Shown here piece after piece: positions 42,874 through 52,261 of a stretch of DNA of 64,000 nt (the first letter of the stretch is position 1; every line of letters begins with the position of its first letter). The DNA is taken from NCBI RefSeq assembly GCF_002854065.1, contig NZ_CP024147.1; one strand, written 5' to 3'. The notes under the pieces are model-generated. The model had not been told where the DNA came from and did not search any database. It was given only the letters and a program-made list of their open reading frames with translations. The position numbers and the translations under genes are program-made. This DNA is from Escherichia coli. Its GTDB lineage: Bacteria > Pseudomonadota > Gammaproteobacteria > Enterobacterales > Enterobacteriaceae.

Positions 42874-43467
42874 ATGAATGAAATCATTTCTGCAGCAGTT
42901 TTATTGATCCTGATTATGGATCCGCTCGGAAACCTACCTATTTTCATGTCCGTACTGAAACATACTGAACCGAAAAGACGGCGGGCAATCATGGTGCGAG
43001 AGTTGCTTATTGCTCTCCTGGTGATGCTGGTGTTCCTGTTTGCGGGTGAGAAAATTCTGGCATTTCTCAGCCTACGAGCAGAAACCGTCTCCATTTCTGG
43101 CGGCATCATTCTGTTTCTAATTGCCATTAAGATGATTTTCCCCAGCGCTTCAGGAAATAGCAGCGGGCTTCCGGCAGGTGAAGAGCCATTTATCGTGCCG
43201 CTGGCAATTCCGCTGGTCGCCGGGCCAACTATTCTCGCCACGCTGATGTTGTTGTCTCATCAGTACCCGAATCAGATGGGACATCTGGTGATTGCTCTGC
43301 TGCTGGCCTGGGGCGGCACCTTTGTCATCCTGCTACAGTCTTCGCTATTTTTACGTCTGCTGGGCGAGAAAGGGGTGAACGCACTTGAACGCCTGATGGG
43401 ATTGATTCTGGTGATGATGGCAACCCAGATGTTCCTCGACGGCATTCGAATGTGGATGAAGGGGTAA
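42874..43467 (+). CDS. yhgN: MarC-family inner-membrane protein YhgN (197 aa)
   Basis: 197-aa hydrophobic ORF MNEIISAAVLLILIMDPLGNLPIFMSVL... Confidence 0.93.
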   Translation: MNEIISAAVLLILIMDPLGNLPIFMSVLKHTEPKRRRAIMVRELLIALLVMLVFLFAGEKILAFLSLRAETVSISGGIILFLIAIKMIFPSASGNSSGLPAGEEPFIVPLAIPLVAGPTILATLMLLSHQYPNQMGHLVIALLLAWGGTFVILLQSSLFLRLLGEKGVNALERLMGLILVMMATQMFLDGIRMWMKG

Positions 43468-43472
43468 GGTTC

Positions 43473-43510
43473 AAACAGGTGCTGCACACAACCAGACGCG
43501 GCACCTGTTT
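43473..43510. terminator. Hairpin between yhgN and the DprA-like gene (possible bidirectional terminator)
   Basis: AAACAGGTGC-18 nt-GCACCTGTTT 10-bp inverted repeat followed by TTTTATTACC. Confidence 0.45.
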
Positions 43511-43512
43511 TA

Positions 43513-44715
43513 TTACCTGAACTGATAATGACCTTCGCCCAATCGGATAACCCTTCCCTCTTCTTCTGCGCGGTTCAGCCACACACTAATTTGTTCGATG
43601 GTTAAACCAGTACAAGACGCCAGCCTTTCAATACTTATCGATTCCTTTGCAAGGATCGCCAGTTCCGCCACAAAGAGTTGATAAAAATCGACAGGCGTAT
43701 ACGCGGGCATTACTGCGTAATTTGCGTCATCTTCATGCAGCGAAAACAGTTCTGGTTGAGCGTTACGGAGTGCTCTGTCATACATCAGCCCAGGAACGTC
43801 TGGCAGTCTGATCGTCACATTCTCAGCCTGTTCAGCACTCCATGACGCCCCATTTTCTACTAATCGTGAATTGGCTGATTGCATATCCTGATTTGGTTTA
43901 ACCTGCACAGGCAGCCACTGATGTTTTAATGCCTCCATCGCCCCGGTTATCGTTCCACCGGTCATTCCCGCACGTACAACCATTGCGCTTTCAGCAAGGC
44001 AATAAATATATTTATTTCGCGCCATCGCATTGCCGACGGTGAAACGTACCTCTGGGTAAAACGGCGAAATCAACACCAGGTTGCCTGCTATAAGCCCTTC
44101 ACGCCATTTCACTAACGTACTCGTTTTTAACAAGCTATCAGCTAATACGCCAACGGCAGTTCCCCCGGCCTCCAGTACCGACGCCATTGCACATTCATCA
44201 ATACCTCGCGCACCACCAGAGATAACGCAAATCCCCTGTTGGGCCAGTTTCGCGGCCAGTTGTTGGGTATAGCGCAAATCGTCAGTCGGAGCATCTCGCG
44301 AGCCAACAATCGCCATACCTTCCGCTTGCAGTAATGCTTTATTCCCGCAGCCAAATAAAACGGGAGGTGCATCCGTTCGCAATCGGTTTTTCAAGCGAAC
44401 GGGATAATCAGCATCTCCGCGGGTTAAGATCCATAAACCGGCGCGTTGCCACTTATCTACCGCCAACGCCAGACTATGACCACGCGCCAGCAAGCCAAGA
44501 ATACGCTCCTGAGAAATACGCGGATCGCTCCAGCCTGTAAGTTTCTCTTGCGGTTGCGGCACCAGAAGCTCGGCGGGACTGATACGTTGGTGCTTCAGCC
44601 ATAATGCAAACTTCCCCCATTCACTATTACTAAGAGGTTTATACTCACTCGCCGCCGCGCGAGAAAAATCGCTGGTTAGCAGGAGAGTTGCTTGTGCATT
44701 GGCTGAAAGATTCAT
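43513..44715 (-). CDS. DprA/Smf-like Rossmann-fold protein (about 400 aa), candidate antitoxin of a PsyrTA/ShosTA-like module
   Basis: ORF 43513..44808; DprA signature MAIVGSRDAPTDDLRYTQQLAAKLAQQGICVISGGARGIDECAMASVLEAGGTAVGVLADSL; start favoured at MNLSANAQ, whose ATG overlaps the upstream TGA (ATGA-type coupling). Confidence 0.75.
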   Translation of the reverse strand: MNLSANAQATLLLTSDFSRAAASEYKPLSNSEWGKFALWLKHQRISPAELLVPQPQEKLTGWSDPRISQERILGLLARGHSLALAVDKWQRAGLWILTRGDADYPVRLKNRLRTDAPPVLFGCGNKALLQAEGMAIVGSRDAPTDDLRYTQQLAAKLAQQGICVISGGARGIDECAMASVLEAGGTAVGVLADSLLKTSTLVKWREGLIAGNLVLISPFYPEVRFTVGNAMARNKYIYCLAESAMVVRAGMTGGTITGAMEALKHQWLPVQVKPNQDMQSANSRLVENGASWSAEQAENVTIRLPDVPGLMYDRALRNAQPELFSLHEDDANYAVMPAYTPVDFYQLFVAELAILAKESISIERLASCTGLTIEQISVWLNRAEEEGRVIRLGEGHYQFR

Positions 44716-46822
44716 CAATTTTTTACCGAGGTAGAAGCAAGGGCAAGAGGATAAACCGTCGGGCAACCTGCCTGGCGTAACAGTGCTGTCAGAACTGTCA
44801 GCGTCCATGCAGAATCCACGATATCGTCAACCAGCAACGCCGGACCAGGCATCAAAGGAGGGGTAATCACAAACGCCCCGTCGAGATTTTGACACTGGTG
44901 GAAACGGTTTTGCTGCATTTTCTGCGGTGGATTGTCCACGACTTTTTCAATGGCATCAATAATAGGTAAGCCAAGTTTCGCCGCCAGTCGCCGGGCAAAA
45001 TCAGGAACCAGGTCGAGGTGCTTTAATGAAGGAACGCAGCATACCCAGGTTGGTTCAGGATGCGGATTCCAGCGTTGGCGAACCATTTCCGCACATGCCT
45101 CCACCAGTTCATCACTGAATCGCCCCGTTTTTTTCTCCTGTGCTACCTGCTTTCCCCACCCGGAATCTCCCCAACGAGAAAGGATTCGCCCCGTAGATCC
45201 TTGTAAAATCGCAGGCAAGTTCCCTTTAAATCCGTATTGCGTAAAAGCCCCAGCTGCCACCTGTTTATTGAGATTTAATGACAGGTCAGCGTGTTTAATA
45301 AATAAGTTTGCCGCATGGAGTAAGCCGCTATCAATGTCGGGCGACAACAACGGATGCTGAAGACAACTGCTACATTTACCACAATGTTCGGCACCTGGCT
45401 CATCGAGTGCGCGGCGCAGAAATTGCATTTTGCACTCCTTGGTCGTGATATAGCTTTCAACGTCTGCCAGCTCACTTTTTCTCTGATTCATCAAATGGTT
45501 AATTCGTTCATGGTCAGGAGAAAAACTGACAATTGTTCTGCGCCATAATTTCTCGGTATACACCACAGGCGATGGATTTTCAGCTACCAATAATTTCAGT
45601 GCTTTTTCTATTTGCCCATAACGGAGATTCGTCCGTTGTTCAATGCCTCGTAAGGTAAGACCGTCATTCACGCTAAGTACGTTGAGTATTTCATGAATTT
45701 GCGCCTCCGCAGGAAAGGCGCTTTCACGGAAGAATTTATGAATAGCACGGTCTTCACTGCCGCAAAGCAGTATGCCAACAGCAGAATCGATACCGCGACC
45801 GGCACGCCCCACCTGTTGGTAGTAACCAACTATCGAACCTGGCATCTGGTAATGAATAACAAACCCCAAATCCGGTTTGTCAAAGCCCATTCCCAGCGCC
45901 GTTGTCGCAACCAGCACTTTAATTTTATTTGCCAGCAACGCCTGCTCCAGATATTCCCTGGCAGTATTAGAATCTTCCGCGCCTTCACAAGTCACGCCGC
46001 TGTAGTAAGCAAATGCACTGATACCATTTTTCCTTAACCACTCGGCGACAAGTTCGGCATCGCGAGTAGTCAGGGTATAAACAATTCCCGATTTGGAAAA
46101 CTGAGGGAAAACTGAGGGATAACCGTTGCTAACCATGCCAGACGGGATGACTGTTCACCTAAGACTAAGGCATCAAGCGCCAAACTTTCGCGAGCCAGCG
46201 TTCCACGCTGAATCACAATGTCACCCAATTGCTGACGGATATCCTCAACGACACGGTTATTCGCTGTCGCGGTTGTACCCAGAACAGGGGTATTCGCAGG
46301 TAGTTGGCGCAAAATATCTAATATACGTCGGTAATCCGGGCGAAAATCGTGGCCCCAATCAGAGATGCAGTGCGCCTCGTCGACCACAAGCAAGCCAATA
46401 TGATCGGCTATAGGATATAAAACCGTTTCGATAAAGTCCTGGTTTGCCAAACGTTCCGGGGAAACCAGCAAGCAATCGACCTCACCTTGCAGCAACTTAT
46501 CGCTAATGCGCTGCCATTCTTCTCTGTTTGTAGAATTCAACGTTTCAGCCGTAATACCTAACCGTTCAGCGGCGGCAACCTGGTTACGCATCAGGGCAAG
46601 CAAAGGAGAGATGATAATTGTCGGGCCAGCGCCGCGATCGCGGAAGATTTTACTGGCGATGAAGTACACAGCACTTTTCCCCCAGCCAGTGCGTTGGACA
46701 ACCAGCAGTTTTCGCCGTTGGTTCACCACCGCGTCTATGGCTTCCCATTGCCCTTCCCTGAAAGTAGCGGTGGTATTTCCTAACATCCGCTGTAAAAGCA
46801 ATTCAGCTGCGTGCTTTTCCAT
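44715..46822 (-). pseudogene. RecQ-like helicase fused to a C-terminal PRTase domain (PsyrT/RqlH-like toxin candidate), frameshifted by an 11-bp tandem duplication
   Basis: ORF 46070..46822 has helicase motifs I-III (QRTGWGKS, VVDEAHCISDWGHDFRPDYRRI, GTTATA); ORF 44715..46136 in another frame has helicase motifs IV-VI (YQQVGRAGRG) and a PRTase motif (LLVDDIVDSAWT); deleting one repeat copy at 46096..46117 joins them into about 698 aa. Confidence 0.75.
46095..46119. repeat. 11-bp perfect tandem duplication (GAAAACTGAGG x2) inside the helicase gene
   Basis: Forward ...tttgGAAAACTGAGGGAAAACTGAGGgat...; on the coding strand both frames read PQFS across the copies. Confidence 0.9.
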
Positions 46823-46924
46823 CTTTATCTCCTGCGATCTTTAGGCAGTGATTAGAACGGATTATTTGCAGGTAAATTTGCGAGAGAGATCAAAAAGATG
46901 AAGAGAGGAGAAAAGAGAAATGAA

Positions 46925-46948
46925 TTACTGCGAGCAAGCTCGCAGTAA
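46925..46948 (-). terminator. Hairpin downstream of gntU (candidate terminator)
   Basis: TTACTGCGAGC-aa-GCTCGCAGTAA perfect inverted repeat, then TTCATTTCTCTTTTCTCC on the minus strand; sits between the gntU stop and the helicase start. Confidence 0.5.
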
Positions 46949-46961
46949 TTTGTCGCAGTAA

Positions 46962-48302
46962 TTAACTCAACAGCTGGAACGCAATCATCCCAACGATGGC
47001 ACCGACAGTGCCGAGGATGGTTTCCATCATGGTCCAGGTTTTCAGCGTTTCGGCTTCGGTCGCGCCGGTAAATTTACCGAACAACCAGAAACCAGCGTCG
47101 TTAACGTGGCTGACAACAATCGAACCACCGGCGATACAAATCGACAGCGCCGCCATTTGCGCACCGGAGTAGTTCAGTTGTTCAATAACCGGCATCACCA
47201 GTCCCACCGCCGTTAAACAGGCAACGGTTGCAGAACCCTGAATGATGCGCACTGCAGCGGCCAGCACGAAGCAGGTGATGGCAATCGGCAGGCCCATGCC
47301 GGTTAACGCTTCGCCCAGTGCCGGACCTACGCCAGAGTCAACCAGCACCTGTTTGAACACGCCGCCCGCACCAATCACCAGCAGAATGATCCCCGCCGGT
47401 TGCAGCGCGTGACCGCAAATATCCATCACTTTGTCTTTTGGCATGCCCTGACGCATTGCCAGGCCATAAATCGCTACCAGACAAGCAACCAGAATCGCGG
47501 TAAACGGATGACCAATAAACTCGAACCATTCGTAAGCGGTAGAGCCTTCCGGCACAAAACGCGCGGCAATGGTTTTCAGCCCCACCAGCACCAGCGGCAG
47601 CAGGATCAGCGACAGGCTGAATCCGAAGGACGGCATTTTGCCTTCGCCGAGATGCGGCTCGCTGATGTCGTCAGGAATATGCAGCTCAACGTAACGGCTG
47701 ATGAAGTTACCCCACAGCGGCCCGGCAATAATCATTCCCGGAATTGCCGCACACAGGCCAATCAGGATCATCCAGCCAAAATCGGCGTTCATCTGCGATG
47801 CCAGCAGCATTGGCGCTGGCCCAGGCACCAGGAACGCCGCCGCGGCCGCCACGCCTGCGAATAATGGGATTACCAGCTTCACCAGGTTCGTACCGGTGTG
47901 GCGCGCCATTGAGAAAGCAACGCTAATCAGCAGAACAATCGCCACTTCAAAGAACAGCGGTAGCGCACAGACCAGCCCCGCAAGGCCGATGGCATAATGC
48001 GCGCGGCTGTGACCGAAGGATTTGAGCATTTTGACGGCAATCTGATCGACTGCGCCGGTTTCATGTAAGATCTTGCCAAACATAGCTCCCAGGGCGACAA
48101 CCACCGCCAGGAAGCCGAGGGTGCCTCCCATCCCTTTTTCCATCGTCGCTGCGATTTTATCGAGCGGCATACCGGAAAAAAGGCCAGCCCCCATGGACAC
48201 CACCATTAAAGCCAGGAAAGCGTGCATACGCGCCTTCATGACTAAAAACAGCAGCAGTAAAACAGACCCTACTGCTGTTAAAACAAGCGTTAATGTAGTC
48301 AC
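46962..48302 (-). CDS. gntU: Low-affinity gluconate transporter GntU (446 aa)
   Basis: 446-aa polytopic ORF MTTLTLVLTAVGSVLLLLFLVMKARMHAFLALMVV..., GntP family. Confidence 0.95.
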   Translation of the reverse strand: MTTLTLVLTAVGSVLLLLFLVMKARMHAFLALMVVSMGAGLFSGMPLDKIAATMEKGMGGTLGFLAVVVALGAMFGKILHETGAVDQIAVKMLKSFGHSRAHYAIGLAGLVCALPLFFEVAIVLLISVAFSMARHTGTNLVKLVIPLFAGVAAAAAFLVPGPAPMLLASQMNADFGWMILIGLCAAIPGMIIAGPLWGNFISRYVELHIPDDISEPHLGEGKMPSFGFSLSLILLPLVLVGLKTIAARFVPEGSTAYEWFEFIGHPFTAILVACLVAIYGLAMRQGMPKDKVMDICGHALQPAGIILLVIGAGGVFKQVLVDSGVGPALGEALTGMGLPIAITCFVLAAAVRIIQGSATVACLTAVGLVMPVIEQLNYSGAQMAALSICIAGGSIVVSHVNDAGFWLFGKFTGATEAETLKTWTMMETILGTVGAIVGMIAFQLLS

Positions 48303-48305
48303 TAC

Positions 48306-48833
48306 TTATTTGCCTTTTTTAATAACCTCAATGGTGCTTGCCACAACACCTTCCAGCGGTTGATCGATATCCACCACCAGTACATCGGTTTCGTCCGCAC
48401 CCGGCTCCTGCAGCGTTTCAAACTGCGTCACCAACATTTGGGTTTTAAAGAAATGGCCTTTGCGCGCTTTCAGGCGGCTTTCAATCACATCAAAATCGCC
48501 TTTCAGGTAGATGAAAGAGAGATTCGGATTACCTTCACGCAGCAAGTCGCGATAGTGTTTTTTCAATGCAGAACAGACGATCAGTGACACTTTATTAGTG
48601 CGCTGCATAGCAAACGCGGCGTCGTTCAGCGCCTGCAACCACGGTTTGCGATCGTCGTCATTCAGCGGTTCGCCAGACGCCATTTTTTCGATATTGCGCC
48701 GTGGATGGAGGAAATCGCCATCAAGAAACGCGGCATGAAGTTGATGCGCCACTTCACTGGCGACCGCAGATTTGCCGCTGCCCGATACGCCCATCAAGAC
48801 GTAAATGTGGTGATCATGGTTAGTCGTGCTCAA
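48306..48833 (-). CDS. gntK: Gluconokinase GntK (175 aa), apparent TTG start
   Basis: ORF 48306..48854; product recognised from (M)STTNHDHHIYVLMGVSGSGKSAV; the codon at that start is TTG. Confidence 0.88.
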   Translation of the reverse strand: MSTTNHDHHIYVLMGVSGSGKSAVASEVAHQLHAAFLDGDFLHPRRNIEKMASGEPLNDDDRKPWLQALNDAAFAMQRTNKVSLIVCSALKKHYRDLLREGNPNLSFIYLKGDFDVIESRLKARKGHFFKTQMLVTQFETLQEPGADETDVLVVDIDQPLEGVVASTIEVIKKGK

Positions 48834-48863
48834 AGTGGTGCCCCCACAATACAAGAATTAAAA

Positions 48864-48893
48864 AATGTTACGGGTAACTGTTATCGGTAACAT
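48864..48893. promoter_or_regulatory. GntR operator-like palindrome upstream of gntK
   Basis: AATGTTACgggtaactgttatcgGTAACATT with outer inverted repeat ATGTTAC/GTAACAT, about 30 bp upstream of the gntK start. Confidence 0.55.
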
Positions 48894-48972
48894 TCTCCGG
48901 CCGGACAATATCAGAAGCAATATCCATCCGTGCCTTAAGTGTATAAGTGTGAGCTACTTCAAATTTGTGGGC

Positions 48973-49968
48973 TTAAATAGATCCGCCCGGTGACAAGGTG
49001 AAACCTAAATCTAACATTTTCGGTGTCACAGATTCGCCACGAATACGCGCCAGAAGGCGTTCAGCGCCAATACTGCCCATCCGCTCACGCGGCGTCAGCA
49101 CGCTCGCAAGTCGTGGCTCCATCACCTGACCAATGTCATGACCGTGGAAACCGGCAATCGCCATATCGTCAGGAACTTTTAACCCCAGACGCTGACATTC
49201 AAACGCCGCGCCGACCGCCAGATCATCATTAGTACAGAACACGCCATCCAGCTGCGGATATTCCCGCCGCGCCTGGCGAATCAGTTCAATACCGGAAGAG
49301 TAAGAAGAAGATTGCTCAACCATCACGCTATACGGCACCAGGCCTGCATCCAGCATCGCCTGTTCGTATCCCTTCTGTTTGATGATAGTACGTTCGTCGA
49401 GACGTGCGCCGAGATAGGCAATATGGCGATGCCCGCGAGCAATAATGGCGGTGGTCATCTGGCGTGCCGCTTCAAAGTTATCAAAACCGACGGCGATATC
49501 GAGGCACGGCGACTTGCTGTCCATCAGTTCCACCACGGGAATACCCGCCACTTCAATCATCTTTAAGGTGCGCGGCGTGTGCGTACGTTCAGTGAGGATC
49601 AGGCCGTCGATATTCCAGGAGAGCATGGATTCGAGGCGTTCTTGCTCCATTTCCGGTTTATAACCGTAGTGGGCCAGCATGGTCTGATAACCGTGCGCGT
49701 CGGTGACGCTTTCGATTCCGCGTAATACTTCCGCGAAAACCTGGTTGGTGAGAGAAGGTAACAGGACGCCAATCGCCCGGCTGGTGGCGTTAGAGAGGAT
49801 ATCGGGCGCACGATTGGGAATATAGCCCAGTTCATCAAGAGCCGCGGCAATCTTGCCGCGTAGAGCGACGGAAACCTGCTCCGGGTTGCGTAAAAAACGG
49901 CTGACCGTCATTTTGGTCACGCCTACACGGTCAGCCACATCCTGAAGTACGGGTCTTTTCTTTTTCAT
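48973..49968 (-). CDS. gntR: LacI-family gluconate repressor GntR (331 aa)
   Basis: 331-aa ORF MKKKRPVLQDVADRVGVTKMTVSRFLRNPEQVS... (HTH plus periplasmic-binding-like fold). Confidence 0.95.
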   Translation of the reverse strand: MKKKRPVLQDVADRVGVTKMTVSRFLRNPEQVSVALRGKIAAALDELGYIPNRAPDILSNATSRAIGVLLPSLTNQVFAEVLRGIESVTDAHGYQTMLAHYGYKPEMEQERLESMLSWNIDGLILTERTHTPRTLKMIEVAGIPVVELMDSKSPCLDIAVGFDNFEAARQMTTAIIARGHRHIAYLGARLDERTIIKQKGYEQAMLDAGLVPYSVMVEQSSSYSSGIELIRQARREYPQLDGVFCTNDDLAVGAAFECQRLGLKVPDDMAIAGFHGHDIGQVMEPRLASVLTPRERMGSIGAERLLARIRGESVTPKMLDLGFTLSPGGSI

Positions 49969-50191
49969 CGTCCTGAAGGTACAAAAGAGATAGATTCTCT
50001 TAGTTTAACACGGACGCATCAGAACCTTCCCGGGGAAAACAGTGCTTGTTTACAATTATTAGATATACACTAAATCAATTGCATCGCATTGTGCTAACGA
50101 CGCGGCAAAACCCCGGAAGCGTACATCAGCACGCGACCGGAGCGAGCGAGGAAGCCTGCAAAAAGGCAGGCTTCAAAGATGCCGTTGAGTT

Positions 50192-50887
50192 TTAAACCGG
50201 CGGCAGATCGAACAGTAACACTTCGCTGTCGCTATCCGCATGGATGGAGATTGCCTGCTCATCCCAGATTGCCAGACCATCGCTGGTCGAGGCTTTCACG
50301 CCGTTAATGGTGACATTGCCTTTCACCACCTGGATCCAGACGCGGCGTTCAGCGGCAATCTGATGCACCGACTGCTCATCTTTCAGCAACGCCCAGCGGT
50401 ACAGTTCCATATCCTGATGCACTTTCAATGAGCCATCTCGCGCATCCGGCGAGAGCACCAGCTGTTTGCCCTGTACGGCATCGAAGCGACGCTGTTCATA
50501 ACGCGGCGTAATACCGTTTTCTTCAGGCATGATCCAGATCTGATACAGATGCAGACGCTCGGTGCTGCTTGGGTTGTACTCTGAGTGACGAATACCCGTA
50601 CCAGCACTCATAATCTGGAACTCACCCGCCGGAACCTGCTCTTTATTGCCCATGCTGTCCTGGTGCTCAACAGTACCTTCCAGCACGTAGGTCAAAATTT
50701 CCATATCTTTATGCGGGTGAGTGCCGAAGCCCTGCCCTGCTTCAATCACGTCGTCGTTAATCACGCGCAGCGCGGAGAAGCCCATAAAGTTCGGATCGTA
50801 ATAGTTGGCAAAAGAGAAAGTATGCCAGGAGTCCAGCCAGCCATGATTTGCATGACCACGTTCATTTGCTTTGCGTAAGTAGATCAT
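50192..50887 (-). CDS. yhhW: Pirin-like cupin (quercetin 2,3-dioxygenase) YhhW (231 aa)
   Basis: 231-aa ORF MIYLRKANERGHANHGWLDSWHTFSFANYYDP... Confidence 0.93.
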   Translation of the reverse strand: MIYLRKANERGHANHGWLDSWHTFSFANYYDPNFMGFSALRVINDDVIEAGQGFGTHPHKDMEILTYVLEGTVEHQDSMGNKEQVPAGEFQIMSAGTGIRHSEYNPSSTERLHLYQIWIMPEENGITPRYEQRRFDAVQGKQLVLSPDARDGSLKVHQDMELYRWALLKDEQSVHQIAAERRVWIQVVKGNVTINGVKASTSDGLAIWDEQAISIHADSDSEVLLFDLPPV

Positions 50888-51009
50888 TTGTATTCGCCCC
50901 CTGAATGATTTCGATGGGCTTAGTGTGGACCCGATCTGCCTGGGATGATAGAGGGTGAAAATTGCCCCCTCTGTTCAAAAAAATTGAACTATTAGAGGGG
51001 CCATCAAAC

Positions 51010-52047
51010 TTACTTCGCGAGAGTCACTGTGGAGGGAGAGGCTTGCTCGAATCCGCGTTCAAGGATTTCCAGATTGGTAAGAACTTCAGATTCCTTGACG
51101 TAATTTGGCGCACCGTGGGTGATGGTTTGATACAACGCATCATAAACGCGCCCGTAATCGCCCATCTCCGGCTTCATCTCTTCTCTGACCGTCACGCCCT
51201 CGTCATTGACATACTCCAGCACACCGACCGAATCATCCGCTGCGAATCCCGGTTCGCCCGGCATAATATTAGCCTTCAGGCTGGTTTCCTGCTGGTCGAT
51301 ACCGTATTTAATAAACGAACCTTTCTTACCGTGAACGATAAATTTCGGATAATCGATTTTCACCAGATGGCTGGTTTTGACGATGGCTTTTAGATCGCCA
51401 TAAAACAGTTGCGCTTCGAAAGTATCGTCAGGATTGGCTTTAATGCGCAGGCTGCGGATGTCATAAGCGACGTGATCCGGGCGACCGAACAGAGAAATAA
51501 TCTGGTCCATCGTATGCACACCAAGGCCATAGAACGCGCCATCCTGCGGCAGCCCAGGTTTGGTTTCTGCCACCGGGCGGTAATAGTCAAAATGGCTTTC
51601 CACTTCGACAATCTCTCCCAGCTTGCCGCTTTCAATCGCTTTTTTCGCCGTCAGGAAGCAGGAATCAAAGCGACGATTCTGATATGGCGTGACGGTCAGC
51701 CCTTTGCTTTTCGCCAGTGCAAACAGCTCTTTCGCCTGCGCAAGTGTCGGAGTGAACGGTTTTTCGACCAGCACATTTTTCCCGGCTTCCAGCGCGCGCT
51801 TCGCGTACTCGAAGTGGCTGTCCGCATGGGTGCAGACAACAACCAGCTTAACATCGGGATCGTTTAGCACTTCGTTGAGATCGCTGGTGAAATGGATATG
51901 AGAGTAAATGGGAGCTTGTTCTTCCGGCTTTGCATGGCGGCGAAAAATATGCGCGACATGCCAGCTATCCTTGCGGTTAAGTACATACGGCAGATGGTAA
52001 CGGGTGGTGCTTTTGCCGAAGCCAATAAAGGCGCAGTTGATGACCAT
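51010..52047 (-). CDS. yhhX: Gfo/Idh/MocA-family NAD(P)-dependent oxidoreductase YhhX (345 aa)
   Basis: 345-aa ORF MVINCAFIGFGKSTTRYHLPYVLNRK... Confidence 0.93.
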   Translation of the reverse strand: MVINCAFIGFGKSTTRYHLPYVLNRKDSWHVAHIFRRHAKPEEQAPIYSHIHFTSDLNEVLNDPDVKLVVVCTHADSHFEYAKRALEAGKNVLVEKPFTPTLAQAKELFALAKSKGLTVTPYQNRRFDSCFLTAKKAIESGKLGEIVEVESHFDYYRPVAETKPGLPQDGAFYGLGVHTMDQIISLFGRPDHVAYDIRSLRIKANPDDTFEAQLFYGDLKAIVKTSHLVKIDYPKFIVHGKKGSFIKYGIDQQETSLKANIMPGEPGFAADDSVGVLEYVNDEGVTVREEMKPEMGDYGRVYDALYQTITHGAPNYVKESEVLTNLEILERGFEQASPSTVTLAK

Positions 52048-52169
52048 GATTTCGTCCTTTTTAAGGTGGTTATTTACACCTTAGCGCAAAGCGGACGTGG
52101 TTCCTACTGGAGTGCGCATAACGAACACAAGCACTTCCCGAGGATAAATTGAGAACGAAAGATCAAAAA

Positions 52170-52259
52170 AAAAGCCAGCACCCGGCTGGCTAAGTAATAC
52201 TGGAAGCAATGTGAGCAATGTCGTGCTTTCAGGTTCTCCGCGAGGGTCTTCCTGATCGC
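52170..52259 (-). ncRNA. ryhB: Iron-responsive small RNA RyhB (90 nt)
   Basis: Minus-strand GCGATCAGGAAGACCCTCGCGGAGAACCTGAAAGCACGACATTGCTCACATTGCTTCCAGTATTACTTAGCCAGCCGGGTGCTGGCTTTT matches RyhB as I recall it, with the terminator hairpin plus T-run. Confidence 0.9.
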
Positions 52260-52261
52260 GA

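Noticed and set aside
44715-46822. Reading the 250-aa and 473-aa ORFs as two independent helicase-related genes
   Set aside because: Helicase motifs I-III are in one ORF and IV-VI in the other, and removing one copy of the 11-bp duplication fuses them in frame.
50152-50173. Hairpin AAGCCTGC-aaaaag-GCAGGCTT downstream of yhhW as an intrinsic terminator
   Set aside because: Good stem but no U-tract on either strand; it could be a Rho-dependent or stabilising element, so it is not called as a terminator.
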